From: Guillardia theta CCMP2712
Taxonomy: Eukaryota > Protista > Cryptophyta
Direction of reading: 5' to 3'
DNA length: 64,000 nucleotides
Assembly: GCF_000315625.1 (NCBI RefSeq)
Contig: NW_005434480.1
Span: 19,342 to 83,341, forward strand
This document shows, piece by piece, positions 36,001-48,300 of the stretch (its first letter is position 1; each line of letters opens with the position of its first letter). The position numbers and the translations under genes were made by a program. The notes below the pieces were generated by a model that did not search any database, was not told where the DNA came from, and worked only from the letters and a program-made list of their open reading frames with translations.

Positions 36001-37055
36001 TCAAAAAACAATGTCAAGTAGTCGCCGATCGCAAGGCCCAGGCTTGTTGTGTCCAAGGGGTATGAGGGTGATGATTCTATCGTGCTACTGCAAGGTAAAG
36101 TACATTTAGTCAAATCTGATGTCAATTTAAACACAGATGTCGCGATCGACACAACGGTACGAGCAGGCCAGGGATCCCGTATCGAAACTGTCGTTCCAAA
36201 GAGACCTCTTTCTATGCCCACAGTCGTGCCGGTTATAGATGTGATCTGAACGATCTCATGAAAATAATTGGAACCATCATCGTACGAATAATCGTACATG
36301 TGCATGTAAAGTCCAACTTTCATGCCCTCAAAAGAGATCACGGTCATCGACGTATCATCCTTTGCCAGTGGCGATGCCAGGGCTGTCGGCAGCAGAGTCA
36401 CCGTCTCAAGGGTCAAAGACCGGTACTCAGCCCCGACCACGTGCGCTGCCGCTGTCGTTTGCGCCTGACCTCGCAGGACGGTGAACGACGTGGAGGTCAA
36501 GCTTGTGATCTTCATGATCTCCTCGTCGATCTGGATGTACATGTTGGCCGTGAAGCCTCTCGTCGTGAAGACAGTGATCGACGTGTCTGCTGCCGTCACG
36601 GCTGCCTTGATTCTTGCGACTGCTGTCGTGGGGTTGTACAGCCCGACGAGTGAGCCCGCAGCTTGAGCAGGTGTCTTCGTCCCGGCAGACTGAGAGTAGC
36701 CTCTGTACACGCCCAGCTGCTTGTTGGTCACGTCCACACTCGCTACAAACATGAACTCGTCGTTGATGGCGATCGTATGTCCGACCTTAAAGCCTGAAAC
36801 TGACGCAACGGAAACCGTTTCCAGCGCTCCTGCGGTAGACGCGGGGATGGCCTTCTCCAGTGCCGTACCGGGATAGAAGAGCACCACACTTGCTCCCGGT
36901 AGATGTTGTGCTGCTGTCGTCCCTCCCAGTGCCCTCTCACTCACTGTGATCGAGTTGCCCGTGACTTGACCGACCTTGAAGATCTCCGCGTCAATCAAGA
37001 TCAGGTCTCCTGCCTTGAACAACGATGCGTCTGCGACCGCGAACTGGATGTTCGT
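33081..37055 (-). CDS. Diverged paralog (copy C) of the giant surface protein: C-terminal ~1,320 aa, 5' part absent or on an unidentified exon
   Basis: Open frame with about 11 'G-x-x-I-x-I-D-x-E-I-M-x-V...LTVxRG...GTxAAxH' repeats. Shares YYQDRMDGYD and PVYVLDSFGQMLGD blocks, the TM helix and the YGQQPMAYGM tail with copy A. No signal peptide is visible. Confidence 0.75.
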   Translation of the reverse strand, partial: TNIQFAVADASLFKAGDLILIDAEIFKVGQVTGNSITVSERALGGTTAAQHLPGASVVLFYPGTALEKAIPASTAGALETVSVASVSGFKVGHTIAINDEFMFVASVDVTNKQLGVYRGYSQSAGTKTPAQAAGSLVGLYNPTTAVARIKAAVTAADTSITVFTTRGFTANMYIQIDEEIMKITSLTSTSFTVLRGQAQTTAAAHVVGAEYRSLTLETVTLLPTALASPLAKDDTSMTVISFEGMKVGLYMHMYDYSYDDGSNYFHEIVQITSITGTTVGIERGLFGTTVSIRDPWPARTVVSIATSVFKLTSDLTKCTLPCSSTIESSPSYPLDTTSLGLAIGDYLTLFFDWYEILKVTDFNETSITVDRGVFGSGTNNWNKGEPILTKLSSATSLPKYYTDAYVETKLPVLPRLQGAVGSDATSITLADVSSSQSGYSSIPGGSYIVIDTEVLYVPTTPTSSTFEVQPANITNRTEHAKDAYVLVVGNPSYLTDAISDKADTIISVKDNSGFQPGQYVVVYNGEMNGNKKDSPELMLINDVLTSNQLNVTRGINPIEAQCSGLSWCYQPRAHSSGDVVFVHDNVYVNSQTGIAPGDYVEMVIAFPVVPEIALVTASSPNLLNIKHGQFGTLSFFPFSPWGGWMSVASRYGLRSAILVAPLTNNATFIIVNDATGLFQYDVIAIGQELLQITSLANNLVGVTRSVQGSLATSHAQGSSVTYVRSSTTALASSPTQTAAGRRLLQTVSAGISASATQIAVSGTMPAQGTNILVDDEVMLVLAVDKTTSTITVARAQQGTAAAAHSASAEIELSIGAQYFMSTIIGATGVLQSISGSNAGLYARPLITNPDTTDATPMLYLDGLAVIQSPAKLPSAPVLSLNYLAPALTSYPGAIPSLIMPSVSYPVVYSPAKYSSDPLYYQDRMDGYDLMRPRSAVLEGSSNKINGTSPVYVLDSFGQMLGDHVTGSETLRVTLQALATALATTPVLSSSVSSTARVTASYSITQESSSLGSVWGAPSKVYSPFLGYSIKSVAASGTISPAALSNAVLDSTSTTVTLSASVTFITSGSYIRIDNEVMLVTAVAGSSLTVVRGQRQTYATTHAAQASVYSDCVGRLYAEPSLEGGEPAVLDFDGNTVTVVSGGSGYLSSSKIHACGSATRCDYSVATANTCSLTFTASLGSAVQEVYLNNTVAARALGGQLSGLTSSSSRFILWKTQSRKVSTTLPSSTPASPSATTATTTPAGSSINVGAIVGGVIGGVAGAALLGFLAYKLLAPATVVKSPVEEMVPVYLPQTYPVLPVDYASAAPMPLQTPVYGQQPMAYGM

Positions 37056-37375
37056 ACTCTTATATTATACTTGTCGATTCTAGCATTTTATACGTAACAT
37101 TATGCGAGGCAACACTTAGGATTGAGGTTCCTGGCTGATAAAAGCATTCATATGCCTTTCAGTGAGCATTACACGTCGACTCATGTTCTTACGTTCCCTT
37201 TACAGCATTTTAAGATGCATGATAGGAATTGCGTTCAAACATATTTGAGGTGTGTCGTCTTGTGCAGCATGTGCTTTGCTACTTCTTGATACCCATGAGA
37301 TCCCGAGGTGTACAGCATCTTCCGAATGTGTCTTGCTGTTCAAGAGAACATAGACAAGTTTGAGACGCATGAAAT

Positions 37376-37640
37376 CACTTTCTCTTTTTCCTCTGATAGC
37401 GCTTTGCTTCTGGGAAGTTCAACAGTTGACCTCTTGAGGTCAGGAACTGACCAGTGGGCAGAGGTTCTGTGAAGATATCAGCAACTTGCCCATTCGTGTC
37501 AATTGCTTCCAAGGAAATCTGCTTGTTTGCAACGCACTCTGGTATGAAGTGAATTCTTCGCTTAACATGCTTCGATCGGCTATGCTGACGGGATTCTCGC
37601 TGAGTTTGATACAGGCGGCGTTGTCTTGGTAGCGTAGTGA
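37376..37640 (-). mobile_element. Ty1/Copia LTR-retrotransposon RNase H relic (frameshifted)
   Basis: YQDNAACIKLSENPV / frameshift / SRSKHVKRRIHFIPECVANKQISLEAIDTNGQVADIFTEPLP matches the Copia RNase H motifs D-N...N-P...K-H...H-F-I and A-D-I-F-T-K-P-L. Confidence 0.85.
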
Positions 37641-38426
37641 AGCTACAGCTCTGTCCTCTGAGGAGAAGCAGGGGATCGTCCGTTGTTTGTATGCCATGAA
37701 CTCGAGCAGAAGAAACGAAGCATTTGCTTCTTTATCTTATCTGTTTGATGTTCTCTTGTATTTGCTCAGACTGAGTGTCTCGTATGGGAAAACATCCTTT
37801 TCACGAACCAAGAAACAGCCCCAGGGGTTCATGCTCAGCTGGAGAGGATTCAACAGATTCTAGAATGAATCAGCGGAGGAGAAGATGCTTTGCAAGGTGC
37901 TCGAGCATGCACAGGTTGGCTCCATACTTTGTTTGGATCTACCCGGCTGGGTCTACAAGAGATTTTTACATCCAATTCATCGATCCCGTAGGAAACAGAA
38001 ACGCTACTCAACAACGATTGAAACAAGAATGCAAGGGAAAACAAGAATGCAAGGGAGGTGTAGCAACTCCTTCAAGAAAGTTACCGTGTAAACCATGCAG
38101 TAAACCATGCACATGTCTTTCCTTCTACATGAGAAATGGAAATAAGAGAATTGGATAATTATGTTTAAACGAACGCGTGATCAGCGTTTGGTCTCCTTTA
38201 CGAGAGCAGCAAGCGTGTTGTTTGAGGGTGATTTACTTCTAGCGTTCTAATAGCTCACATGAAGATAATGACGATTCGTCAAGTAAACATAGAGACTTGT
38301 ATCCTCTGATTCTCTATCTTCTCTTGTTCCTACTCCGTAACGAAAACATAACAAGCTGAGCTGGCCTTTGAACCGCTGGGCTACAACCTACTTGAGTCAA
38401 TAAATCCGACCGACAACAAAAATGAA

Positions 38427-38527
38427 TGATCTATCTCGACTGATGTATCTCGACTGATCTATCTCGACTGATGTATCTCGACTGATGTATCTTGACTGAT
38501 CTATCTCGACTGATCTATCTCGACTGA
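38427..38527. repeat. 14-bp minisatellite (TGAT[CG]TATCTCGAC) x7
   Basis: Directly visible tandem array. Confidence 0.95.
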
Positions 38528-39131
38528 CTGGTTAGACAACGCCATCTGAGCATCATGATCAGGCTCTTTGGCAATGCAACACTCTCAAGACTGCGTTGGT
38601 ACCTGCCAGATTCCGGTCAACAGCAACTATCAACTTTCGAAGTCAAGGCGGCATGTACGTCAAATGGCGAGATTCCATTCGTTGCTTCGACCAGCGTCCT
38701 CGTGCGGCAACAGGCTGAGGGTGTCGATGTTACAGAGGTCTAGTGATCCGGATGCAATCCTCGTGGCCTATGTAAGCATTGTTCGAAAGTCTTTGGAGAA
38801 ATGAAGCAAAGATTGAAGCCCTGATGAGTAATCGAGCAAGTAGCGGGGTAACTTTGACAAATAAGTGCGCTTCTCCTAAGATCATAAGGACATCAGCATA
38901 GGCGATATCGTCACTGACTGTGTGTCTGCCAGGGTGGACTGGTCAATTGACGGAGGTTTGAAGATCATGGTTACTTGCTTTATTCTAGCCCGAGGTACAT
39001 ATGCTCTGTCATTAGAAGGTACTCAAGTCTGACCCAGCACACCCCGACCGGCAGTTCGAGGCAGCAGGAGAGAGCTGGTAACATCTCTTGTCCATTCCTC
39101 ATAAGGATGGCATGTGACCAACATCATTCTG

Positions 39132-39164
39132 CCCTAAACCCTAAACCCTAAACCCTAAACCCTA
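39132..39164. repeat. Interstitial telomeric repeat (CCCTAAA)4.7
   Basis: Perfect CCCTAAA x4 + CCCTA, the TTTAGGG-type telomere motif. Confidence 0.9.
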
Positions 39165-39358
39165 TGACGTGAACGTAAGTCAAAGATCTGTCGTTCCAGC
39201 GAGAGAGAATGCTTGACAGAGAAGAGGTCGAATTAGTGCTCGTGTACTTCATCCCAGACTGCGGGACAACAGCAGCATCAGCAGGGCAACTGAAGTGAGT
39301 GCGGGCAGCAAGATTCCCTGAAGACTAGAGACACGTCGGCGGGCGTAGCGTCCTTCAC

Positions 39359-42300
39359 CTAGCAAGGCGAAGGCTCTGGGAGGGGAAGAGGAAGAGAAGC
39401 AGGTGGAGCCAACGTAGGAGGCAAAGAAGGATGCACTTTCTCGCCGACGGCCTTGGGCGTGATGAGCTTGTAGGTGAGCAGGCCGAGTAGAGCTGCTCCT
39501 ACCACGCCCCCGATGACGCCTCCGATGATAGCTCCGATGTTCTGACCTCCTGCTGGAGTCGTCGATGAGCTCGCGTTCGCTGGCGTGGACGCTGCTGCTG
39601 AGCTTGCAACCGCTATTGTGGACGCTGCTGCTGAGGCCCCGACGAGCACAGCAAGCTTGCGCGGGTCTGTCTTCCATGCAAACATCCTGCTGCTGGCAGA
39701 CAGCAGAGCGGTCTTCTGACCGTTGGAGTGGGAGCCCGCAATGGTGTCGTTGAGGTACATGTCGGCTGTAGTAGCTGACGACGTCGACACGATGAGCAGG
39801 GCCGGGCTGCTCCAGGTAGAGTCCAGCACGGACGGTCGGCTGGTGACGGAGTATGAGTACGGGCCGCCGTCTGACACCGACAGGCTCTGCTGGGGTACAG
39901 CCTGATCGCCGAGCATCTGGCCGAAGGAGTCAAGCACGAACACGGGCGAGCCTGGCTCATGAGGGATCGGAGAGCTGGCGTTGATGGCGTTGGAGCCGTT
40001 GGTAGGAGACAGCAGGGAGCTGTCTGAGCTCGGGTCATACCCGTCCATCCTGTCCTGGAAGTAGAGAGGGTCTGCTGGGAACCTCCAAGGCTGGTACGTC
40101 ACGGGGTAGGTCACAGTCGGCCTGATGAGTCTCTTGGTGAACTTGTCCGTCAGGTCCACCCCGAGGTAAGTCTGCTGGACGAGAGGGCGGTAGGAGTAGG
40201 CAGCTCCTCCGACCGCCTGTCCTTGGGCGTCGCCGTCGATGAGCCTGTTGAGGCACAGCTGGAAGGTCGGCCGGCTAGTCACTCCGGCTCCTCCAGACAG
40301 CACGTTGACGCCAGACACTGCGATCACTCCAGCCGCGTTCATGCTGTACACAGGCAGAGCTGAGAAGCCCGACGAGCCCAGCAGACTTGACCTGACGTTG
40401 AGCTGCCAGGAGAAGACCGCGTTGGGGATGTTGTAGGGCGTGTTGGTCACGTGAGCAGCCGCCGACGTTCCTCTCAGCCCGCGATCATCCACCGGGACGG
40501 TGCCTGAGGCGGGCTGCCGGATCAAGATGATCTCCTCGTTGAGCTGTGCCCAGACGTCTTGGTAGCTGGTGGAGGCCTGCAGGATCGAGCTGGGAAGGGC
40601 GATTGAGCCCTGCTGTGCGATGTACCTCAGGTGCTGGTCGCGCCGAGTCATAGGAGTAACGGCAGAGACTGGCGAGGACGTCTTGGCTACGGGAGCAGTC
40701 CATGTGACTGATGCTGCGAGCTTATGAGGGGCAGCAGCGGTGCCTGCTTGAGCTCGAGAGACTTGGAGGAGGTTGCCGTTGAGGTTGTCTATGGTCATGA
40801 CCTCGTCGTCGACGACGATGCTGTCGCCGGCTCGGAACCCGGAGGCGTCGAAGAGGATGACGCGCGTTACGGTCGAGTTGATGTCCAGAGCGAGCTTGGA
40901 CCTGGCGAAGCTCTTCTTGGAGACAGGCAGCAGCTGATAAGTGAAATGTGCGTCTCGAATCCACGAATCATCACGTTCTGTGCCATATTCTCCTGAGGTG
41001 AACTTGAGGCGTACCTCGTTCTGAGAGGACGAGATGACTTGTGCTGTCCCGCCATAACCGCCCCCCGACAACATGACGCTGTCACCAGGAAATAACGCGT
41101 CACCGTCGAGGACGTCAAACTTCTCGTACTTGAATAAGATTGCTTTGCCTTGTTTGAATGTGGTTTGGCAAGCGAATCTGGAGCAACTGAAAGAGATGAC
41201 GTCCATGGAGTAATCTCCGACAGCTGTGACTCGGAACAAACCATTCTTGTAATAAGGTAATCCCCACTTGTCCAAGTCAGCCATGCCGATTCTCACGAGG
41301 TCACCCGGGGAGTAGAAGTCTGACACTTGAGTGGTCAAGGTGATGCTGTAGGTATCCAGAGTATCTGACAGTGAGACAGTCGAGTTGAGGAGCCTCAGAC
41401 CCTCGACCTTCGTAAATCGATGGTTAAAATTTAGATTCAAATCCTCGTTTGGTGCAAAAACCTTGGTTGCCGTGATTTTGCTGTCTGTAGTGTTGATAGC
41501 TTTGACTTCGAAAGCTGCATAGCCATCGCTCACAATGTCACCAACTGCAAAGTCTGATACACTAGATAAGGGCACCTCACATGGGCTGGTACAAAACCTT
41601 TTAGTCACTTTACAGGTTGGAGGATACTTCAAGTAAGCAGGCTTTGCAATGGTATGCACCAGCGCTCCTGCTAACACGCTGGTCGCCTGTGAACTACCCC
41701 GATAGTCAGGGATCATTCCTCGACGTACACTGCCGTCCGACTGATACTCCATCACCTCGAAGTACACATCATTATCCCAACCTGGAAACGCCCACAGCAG
41801 ATCTCCGGCTTGCAGTCCGTAAGTGTTTGAGAAGTTCGCGATGGTTGCCGTCTTATCGATTTCCTGCTCCAGGACTCGTGGGCTGAATAGATAGTTCACT
41901 GAGATCCCTTCGTAGAAAACAAATTTGCCTGGATTTGACTGAAACTGAGCTCTTTGGACCGTCAGGTTCTGGTAGAGATACCCCGATACCGTAGCCGTCT
42001 CAGCGCTCAATACCAACATCGCCTCATCAAACAAATCATAATAATCAAATACCCGCAGGTAGTCGCCTGGCTGAAAGCCTGACGACTGCGTGTCCTTCAC
42101 TGGGTCCTTCAAACGTAGAACAGTGTCGCTAAAGCTGATCGTAGCCAGCAGAACCATGTTTGACCTGTAGATTGACCGCCCCAGGCTCGCCCCAGTTGTC
42201 AGCTTCACCAGCACTCCCGTCGGGTGCGATGACGCAGATGTTCCTAGCTGGGCTCGCTGGACGGTAAGTGTGTCGCCGGATATCGAAGTCACTGCCATGA

Positions 42301-45300
42301 TCTCGCCCAGCACCTGGATGAAGGCCCCCGCAAACAACAGGCTCGCGTCCGATACAGTCAACGAGGTTTGATCCGCCGTCACGGCTTCCTCCAGCACGAT
42401 CGGATACTTCTGAGACAGTCGCACGTACCCCACCGCCTTGAATGCGGCATGACTGACTGCGATCGTCCCCTCTTGTCCTCGAAGCACAGTCAGCGACGAG
42501 GCTCCTACGGCAGTGACGTACATAACCTCCTTCTCTACCTGGATGTATCTGCCCGACGTGAACTTGGCGGCGTTTGACACCTCAATGCTGGTCGCGTCCC
42601 TTGCGACGCTCTTGAGCAGCACGGAGCCCGGGTTGAAGGTCCTGACAACGGTGCCTGCGGCGAAGGTCGAGGCTATGCTGGAGTTGAGCGCGCCTCGAGT
42701 GACCGTGAGAGTGCTCTGCTGGACGCTGATCGCGTCCACGAGCAGGACTTCATCCACAAGCCGCACGTAGTCGCCCACCTGAAAGCCCGACACTGACTGC
42801 ACCTCCAGCACAGCCGACCTGGAGCTCTGCAGGAGCCGACGAGCCGCCTGGTCTCTGAGAGCCACAAGAGTCGTGACAGGGAAGTTGCTGAACGAGCCGT
42901 AGACTGCGTTGATGAAGCCGGGTCTGAGCAGATAGTCCACGCCGGTCACCTGGCCCGCCAGGTTGCGGACAGAGCTCTGATCGAAGGACAAGTCGCCCGG
43001 CCAGTAGAGAGGGCCCGGCTGAAGGGCATCTGAGCTGGGGCTGTCGGTGAAGTAGAGTAGAATCTCCGCGCACGGATACGCTTGTCCTGCATCCGATGGA
43101 AACTCGAGCTTCAGCGGGTTAGGCGTGCTGGGAGAGAAGCCAAAGCCCGCGTTGAGCAGGACTGGCTGCTGGGTCCGAGCATCCCACCCGATGGCTGCCA
43201 GCGCCTCATCAGCGACCACGCTCGACAGCGAGGCATCAAGCACTGTCGACAGGTAGGAGGGACAGTTGTCGGCCGCGCAGGTATGGGCGGGGCAAGGGAA
43301 CGTAGCACATGCGCTGCACTGCGAGGAGCCGGAGCAGGAAGGCAGCGGGTTGAGCTTTGCTTGCGAGTAGGCGCTTGTGCAGAGTTTGGAGCCCGGGCAG
43401 AGAGACTTGACAACAAACGACCCGCTGCTGCAAGTCGGCTGGACTTTTGCGGCCCCCTGGTTGAGCTCTGGCAGCGAGATGTTCCTCACGAGCTCGACCC
43501 GAGACGCGACCATCCCACTTCTCGGGTAAGCGCCAAGAGTGGGAGCTGGGCATGCCGGCAGCGACCCGGACGAAAAATCGAGCTTGATATTCGGAGCGGT
43601 CAAGTAGCCGGATCCTGCGTTGATGACTTTGAGCACGTACTGGTAGGGAGCAGCGTCGGCAGCGAAGCCCTTGCTGGCTGCTGTCGAGCTCGCAGACGGG
43701 CCGTTGGTGTAGGGGTCCGAGCTGGTGTCGATGTAGTCGAGCAAGACCTCCGCCTGCACTCCACCTGAGGGAGGAGGCTCCACGAGGACGCGCGGGGGCT
43801 GACAGAGCGAGGCGGACGCGAACGCCTCGTTGGCTGTGATCTTGAAGATCAAGGAGCCTCGCGGGCCTTGGAAGCCCTGGCTGCGTCTTGCCGTGTAGAC
43901 GTTGCTGGAGGAGTACGCCGACGGCCCGCTCGACACGCGCATCTGCAGCGTCTTGCGCGTCCTGTAGTCTCCTGCCGCTCCGTCCGCCGGCGAGCAGACT
44001 TGCAGCCCGTCGCGGTTGCTGGGCGAGAAGAAGGCGCTGGTCGCTACCGACTGCTCGCACGAGCCCGAGCACTCTCCGCTCACCGTCGCCTCCACCTGAA
44101 GCTCTGAGGCAGTGCACACCTGGTTGGCGATGGAGTTGGCGTTCTTGTCAGCACAGGCGCTGCTGGAGCATCCGCTGCAGCTGAAGGTCGCGTTGGGTCC
44201 GGAGCCCGAGCTCTGGTATCCGTATCCCTCGTGGGTGATGAGAGCTCCATCGAGAGTCAGGCCTGTCTGCTGTGCCGCAGTGCCTGAGGCTATGACGAAG
44301 CCCGAGTAGACGTTGGTGCCCTGGTACGCCGTGTTGAGCGAGAAGAAGGATGGCTTGCAGAGCGTCTGCTGGCTGCTGCTCAGGTCCGCAAAGTCTTGTC
44401 GGTAGCTCTTGACCGCCCCTCCGACGCTAAACTCCACGTCGACAACGATGGGGATATTGGCGTACCCTTGACCCTGCTGTACGATCTCGTAGCTCGGAAG
44501 GCTCGCGCCCGCAGCTTGGGAGACTTTGATCTTGAGCGCCTGCCCTCCTGGCCGCTGCGGAGAGCTGAACACCAGCACCGACCCATCGCAGCTGAAGAGA
44601 TTAGTCACGGTCGTAGGCCCGTTGTAGTGCACTACGCCAAGCTCCCCGTTGACCAGCCTCGACCCCGAGACAGGAAACGACCAGGTAGGGACCGCCACGG
44701 CGTCGGCATGAGCGTCGACCAGACCGTTGGCGTTGATAGCTGACGGGCTTATCTTGACGCTTGTGAACCCGAACGCAAACCCCGACACCCCCTGCTGCGG
44801 GACCGTCACTGCCGTGACTCGAGAGCTGTTCCACGAGCCGCCTGCCCTCAGCATCGTCTGCGTGACTGCAGTGCTGCAAGCCTTGTTGAAGCCGACCACC
44901 ACCGGCGAGTCCATGGTAGAGCGGAAGGCGGGAGCCTTCGACGATGACGTCAGCAGCGCCGACTGCATGCCAGTGTACGAAGAGGCTCTCGAGCCGGCCA
45001 TGTGAACGTCTGAGGTCACGAAGCCTAGGATCGCCCGGGCGCTGCCGTCTGTGCACGGCAGGGTCACAGCTGGCGGATACTCGTACCCGGACCCCCCGTC
45101 GATGACCTCGATCGAGGTGACGCCGCCGTTGGCAGCTGTTTGAGCCCTCGCGGTCCTGCCTGAGGGCGGAGGCTCGATGGTTATGGGTCCTGTGCAAGAC
45201 GACGGCGGTAGAGACGTCACGACTATCGCAGCCACGTATCCTGTTCCAACCTCAGCGTTGGACTTCCTCGCATCGTATCGCTTGTACAGAGCGACCGCGG

Positions 45301-48300
45301 GGAAGACGGTCGAGTGCAGGCCAGTAAGGGAGTCGAAGTGATCTCGCTGGGGGTGGTACATCATCAGGTTGGAGTCAGCTGTCACCCGCAGACGAGAGGT
45401 GAAGTTGTGAGACAAGTGCGCTATGGCAAAGGCGTCACAAGGCGTGTTGGAGCTGGGGTTCGTAAGCGTCACGGTAGGCGGGAAGAAGTACCCTCTGCCC
45501 GCGCTGGTGAGGGAGATGCTGGTGATGGACCCTCCGCTGACAGTCGCGACTGCCGTAGCCTGAGAGCATAGAGAGCTGTCGGACGGACAGACCGGGGTGT
45601 TGGTCAGCCCATCAGTCACCCCGTCCTTGTCGGGACTGGAGATGGTGACCTGGACGTTGGCGCTGCAGCTTGTTCCTGGAGTCACGATCTCGATCCGCTC
45701 GATGCCTGACCTCTGCCCCTCGAGCATGAACACGCCCGACAAGCGCCTGCCAGAGGTGCAGGTGCCGTAGAACCTCCCGGGTCGGAGATAGCCCGAGCCC
45801 CATGTAGAAGGAGGAGCAAACACAGGCCCGCTCCCTCCGACGCTTGTCATGGTCTCAGCATGGTTGACCGTCACCCCGTCGAACGCCTGGGGTCTCTCGA
45901 TGTCGCTTCCCTGGATGGTGCAGGTGTCGCCTGACGACATGGCACCGCCGAGCACAAGCATCCGCGAAGCAGCAGAGCCCGCTAGCCCGACGTTGCGAAA
46001 GCTGACGGGCGTCGCGAACTGAAACCTCGTCCTCTCTCGGATGGTCTTGGAGGCGTCATCCGTAGAGGGAGTGACGAACGCGTTGGGGTCGCTAGGGACC
46101 GACTTGAACCGGTAGCCGGGGATGCTGATGCTGACGCTCTCGCCCTGTCGGATCCACTTGCCCTTCGCCACCTGCAGCTGCAGCTGCGTGTAGATGGTGT
46201 AGGGCTTGTTGGCCAGGTCGATGCTCCTGGGCTTGTTGCCCTTGAGGTCTGCCACCCAGTAGACGCCACCTGCTCCCTGCTTGATGACGTACTCGCTGGA
46301 CCCGATCATCGCTGTCATGCCGGTGTACCGACCGACCTGCTCCTTGGGCACGACCTGACAGTCGCTCAAGAAGGAAGTCGGAAACTCTTCAGCCACCACG
46401 AAGCACTGTCTAGCTGGGTTGTAGTCGAGGATAGACTGGGTGACAACGGTGCTCGTCACGTTGGTCAAGGAGACGTCAAACACTGGAAGCTCAAGCTGCT
46501 GGACTGTCGAGGGCAGGCCGACACTTGGCTTGAGCGAGGTGGTGATGGTGGGGATGGACGTGTATCCGCTGCCTTGAGACGTCAGGCTGGCACTCGCCAC
46601 AGAGACAAGCACTCGCAGCTGGGTGTTCTTCCCAGACACGGTCGCATAAGGATATCCGGAGTACAGCCCTGGGGCAGTGACATGCACAGCTGGGCTGGTG
46701 CTGTAGAGAGAAGAGATGGTAGCATTCGCCGGCAGGACTTGGTACGTAGAATCGAAGACGATCGTGTCGCCTGCTGCCAACAAGCTGCCTGACACGTACT
46801 GGACTCCCACCACCTGGTACAGCAGCGTCCCCGTCGCCAGATCGGTCGCACCAGATGCCACAAAAGTCGGCGCGGCTCCTGATACTCCCGAGCTCTCCGA
46901 GTATCTCCCGTTGATGACCACAAGGCCCCCGTGCCGCACTCGCACGCTTGTGACCTGACCGCCGGCTGTCACCGTGTGCTGATTGTTGCGGCACTTGAGC
47001 TGCATGCCGACATAGTCCGACGGTTGAAGGAGGTTGACGCTGGTGTTCCTGTAGCAGATGTCCTGTGTGTACCCTAGAGATGACGAGGCTCCGTTGGTCA
47101 CCTTGGTCAGCACCAGCGTCTTCGATGGACCCCCGAAGGTGATGTCGCTGTCCGGAAGGCTCCACGGGCAGGACACGCGGCTCCAGCACAAGTCCTTGTT
47201 CTTGTTGTAGCCATCGTCATCCCGCGACAGCACAAACAAGCCGTCCACGTCTCCGTCTCCTGACCGATGCCTGTTCCCGTCCGCCACCCAGCCGTTGCTG
47301 ATGTATGCTCGAGCGCGATCTTCCTGGTAGTAGTTGAGCTCCCACTCCAGCTGCGTGGTGAAGGTGGTGAAGGCCGGGTTGGGCGACGACGTCACGCCGA
47401 AGATGGGACCCGTGACAACGTCGTAGGCAGGCAGGTTGACGAGGAGCATGTCGCCTTCGTAGATGTTGTGCTCGGGAGTGACCGTGAACACGACATCTCT
47501 GCTGGGCTGCTCCTGGAGCTGCATGCTGGACCTTGCTCGGACCTCAAAACCACTGTCTAGCGTCGCAGGCACAAATGATGAGCCCGACGTGACCGTCAGA
47601 GCTTGAGCGCTGGCGGCAGTGCCCTGGTTGACCAGCTGCAGCTGGACTGTGTAGATGGAGTGATCGTAGACGAACGCTTCTGCTTGCGCGCCGCTCCCGG
47701 AGCCCGAGGGGTCGACGATCAAGACTTGAGGACGCATCGTGTAGCCTGAGCCAGGCGCTGTCAGGCTGATGGACGTCACGGTACCGGAGATCACCGTCGC
47801 GGCTGCTGAGGCAGAGCTGCCGGCAGCAAACACTACCCCAGCAGCTGTGCATGTCGGCTTCGTCCAGAACTCAGCTCCAGGCGTAACGTCGCATAAGATC
47901 ACATTAGCAGACTGATACCCCGACCCTCCCGCTGTGACCTCCACCTTGTACAGGCCCTTGGATCGGCGAGCATTGACGTTGTAGAACGGGTCGTAGACGG
48001 AAGATGAGTACTGCGTTGACGCCCCGGTGTACGAGATCTGTATCGTGTTGTCGAGGTACTTGCATACGCTGTTGAACACAGCCGGAGGCGCTATCCCCTT
48101 GGCGCGATGCTTGTTGGTAGCGGCATTGACAACCTGCCCGTTCCTGGCTATCGTACATGGGATGTCCGATGATCCAGCGTTCTTCATGCTGATGAACGAT
48201 CCGACTGTGATAGTCTGACCCGAGGCGAGAGGATAGTTAGGCTGTAGCTCCATCGTCAACCAGACTGTGCTGCCTGTCACATTCGATCCCGACCTGATGT

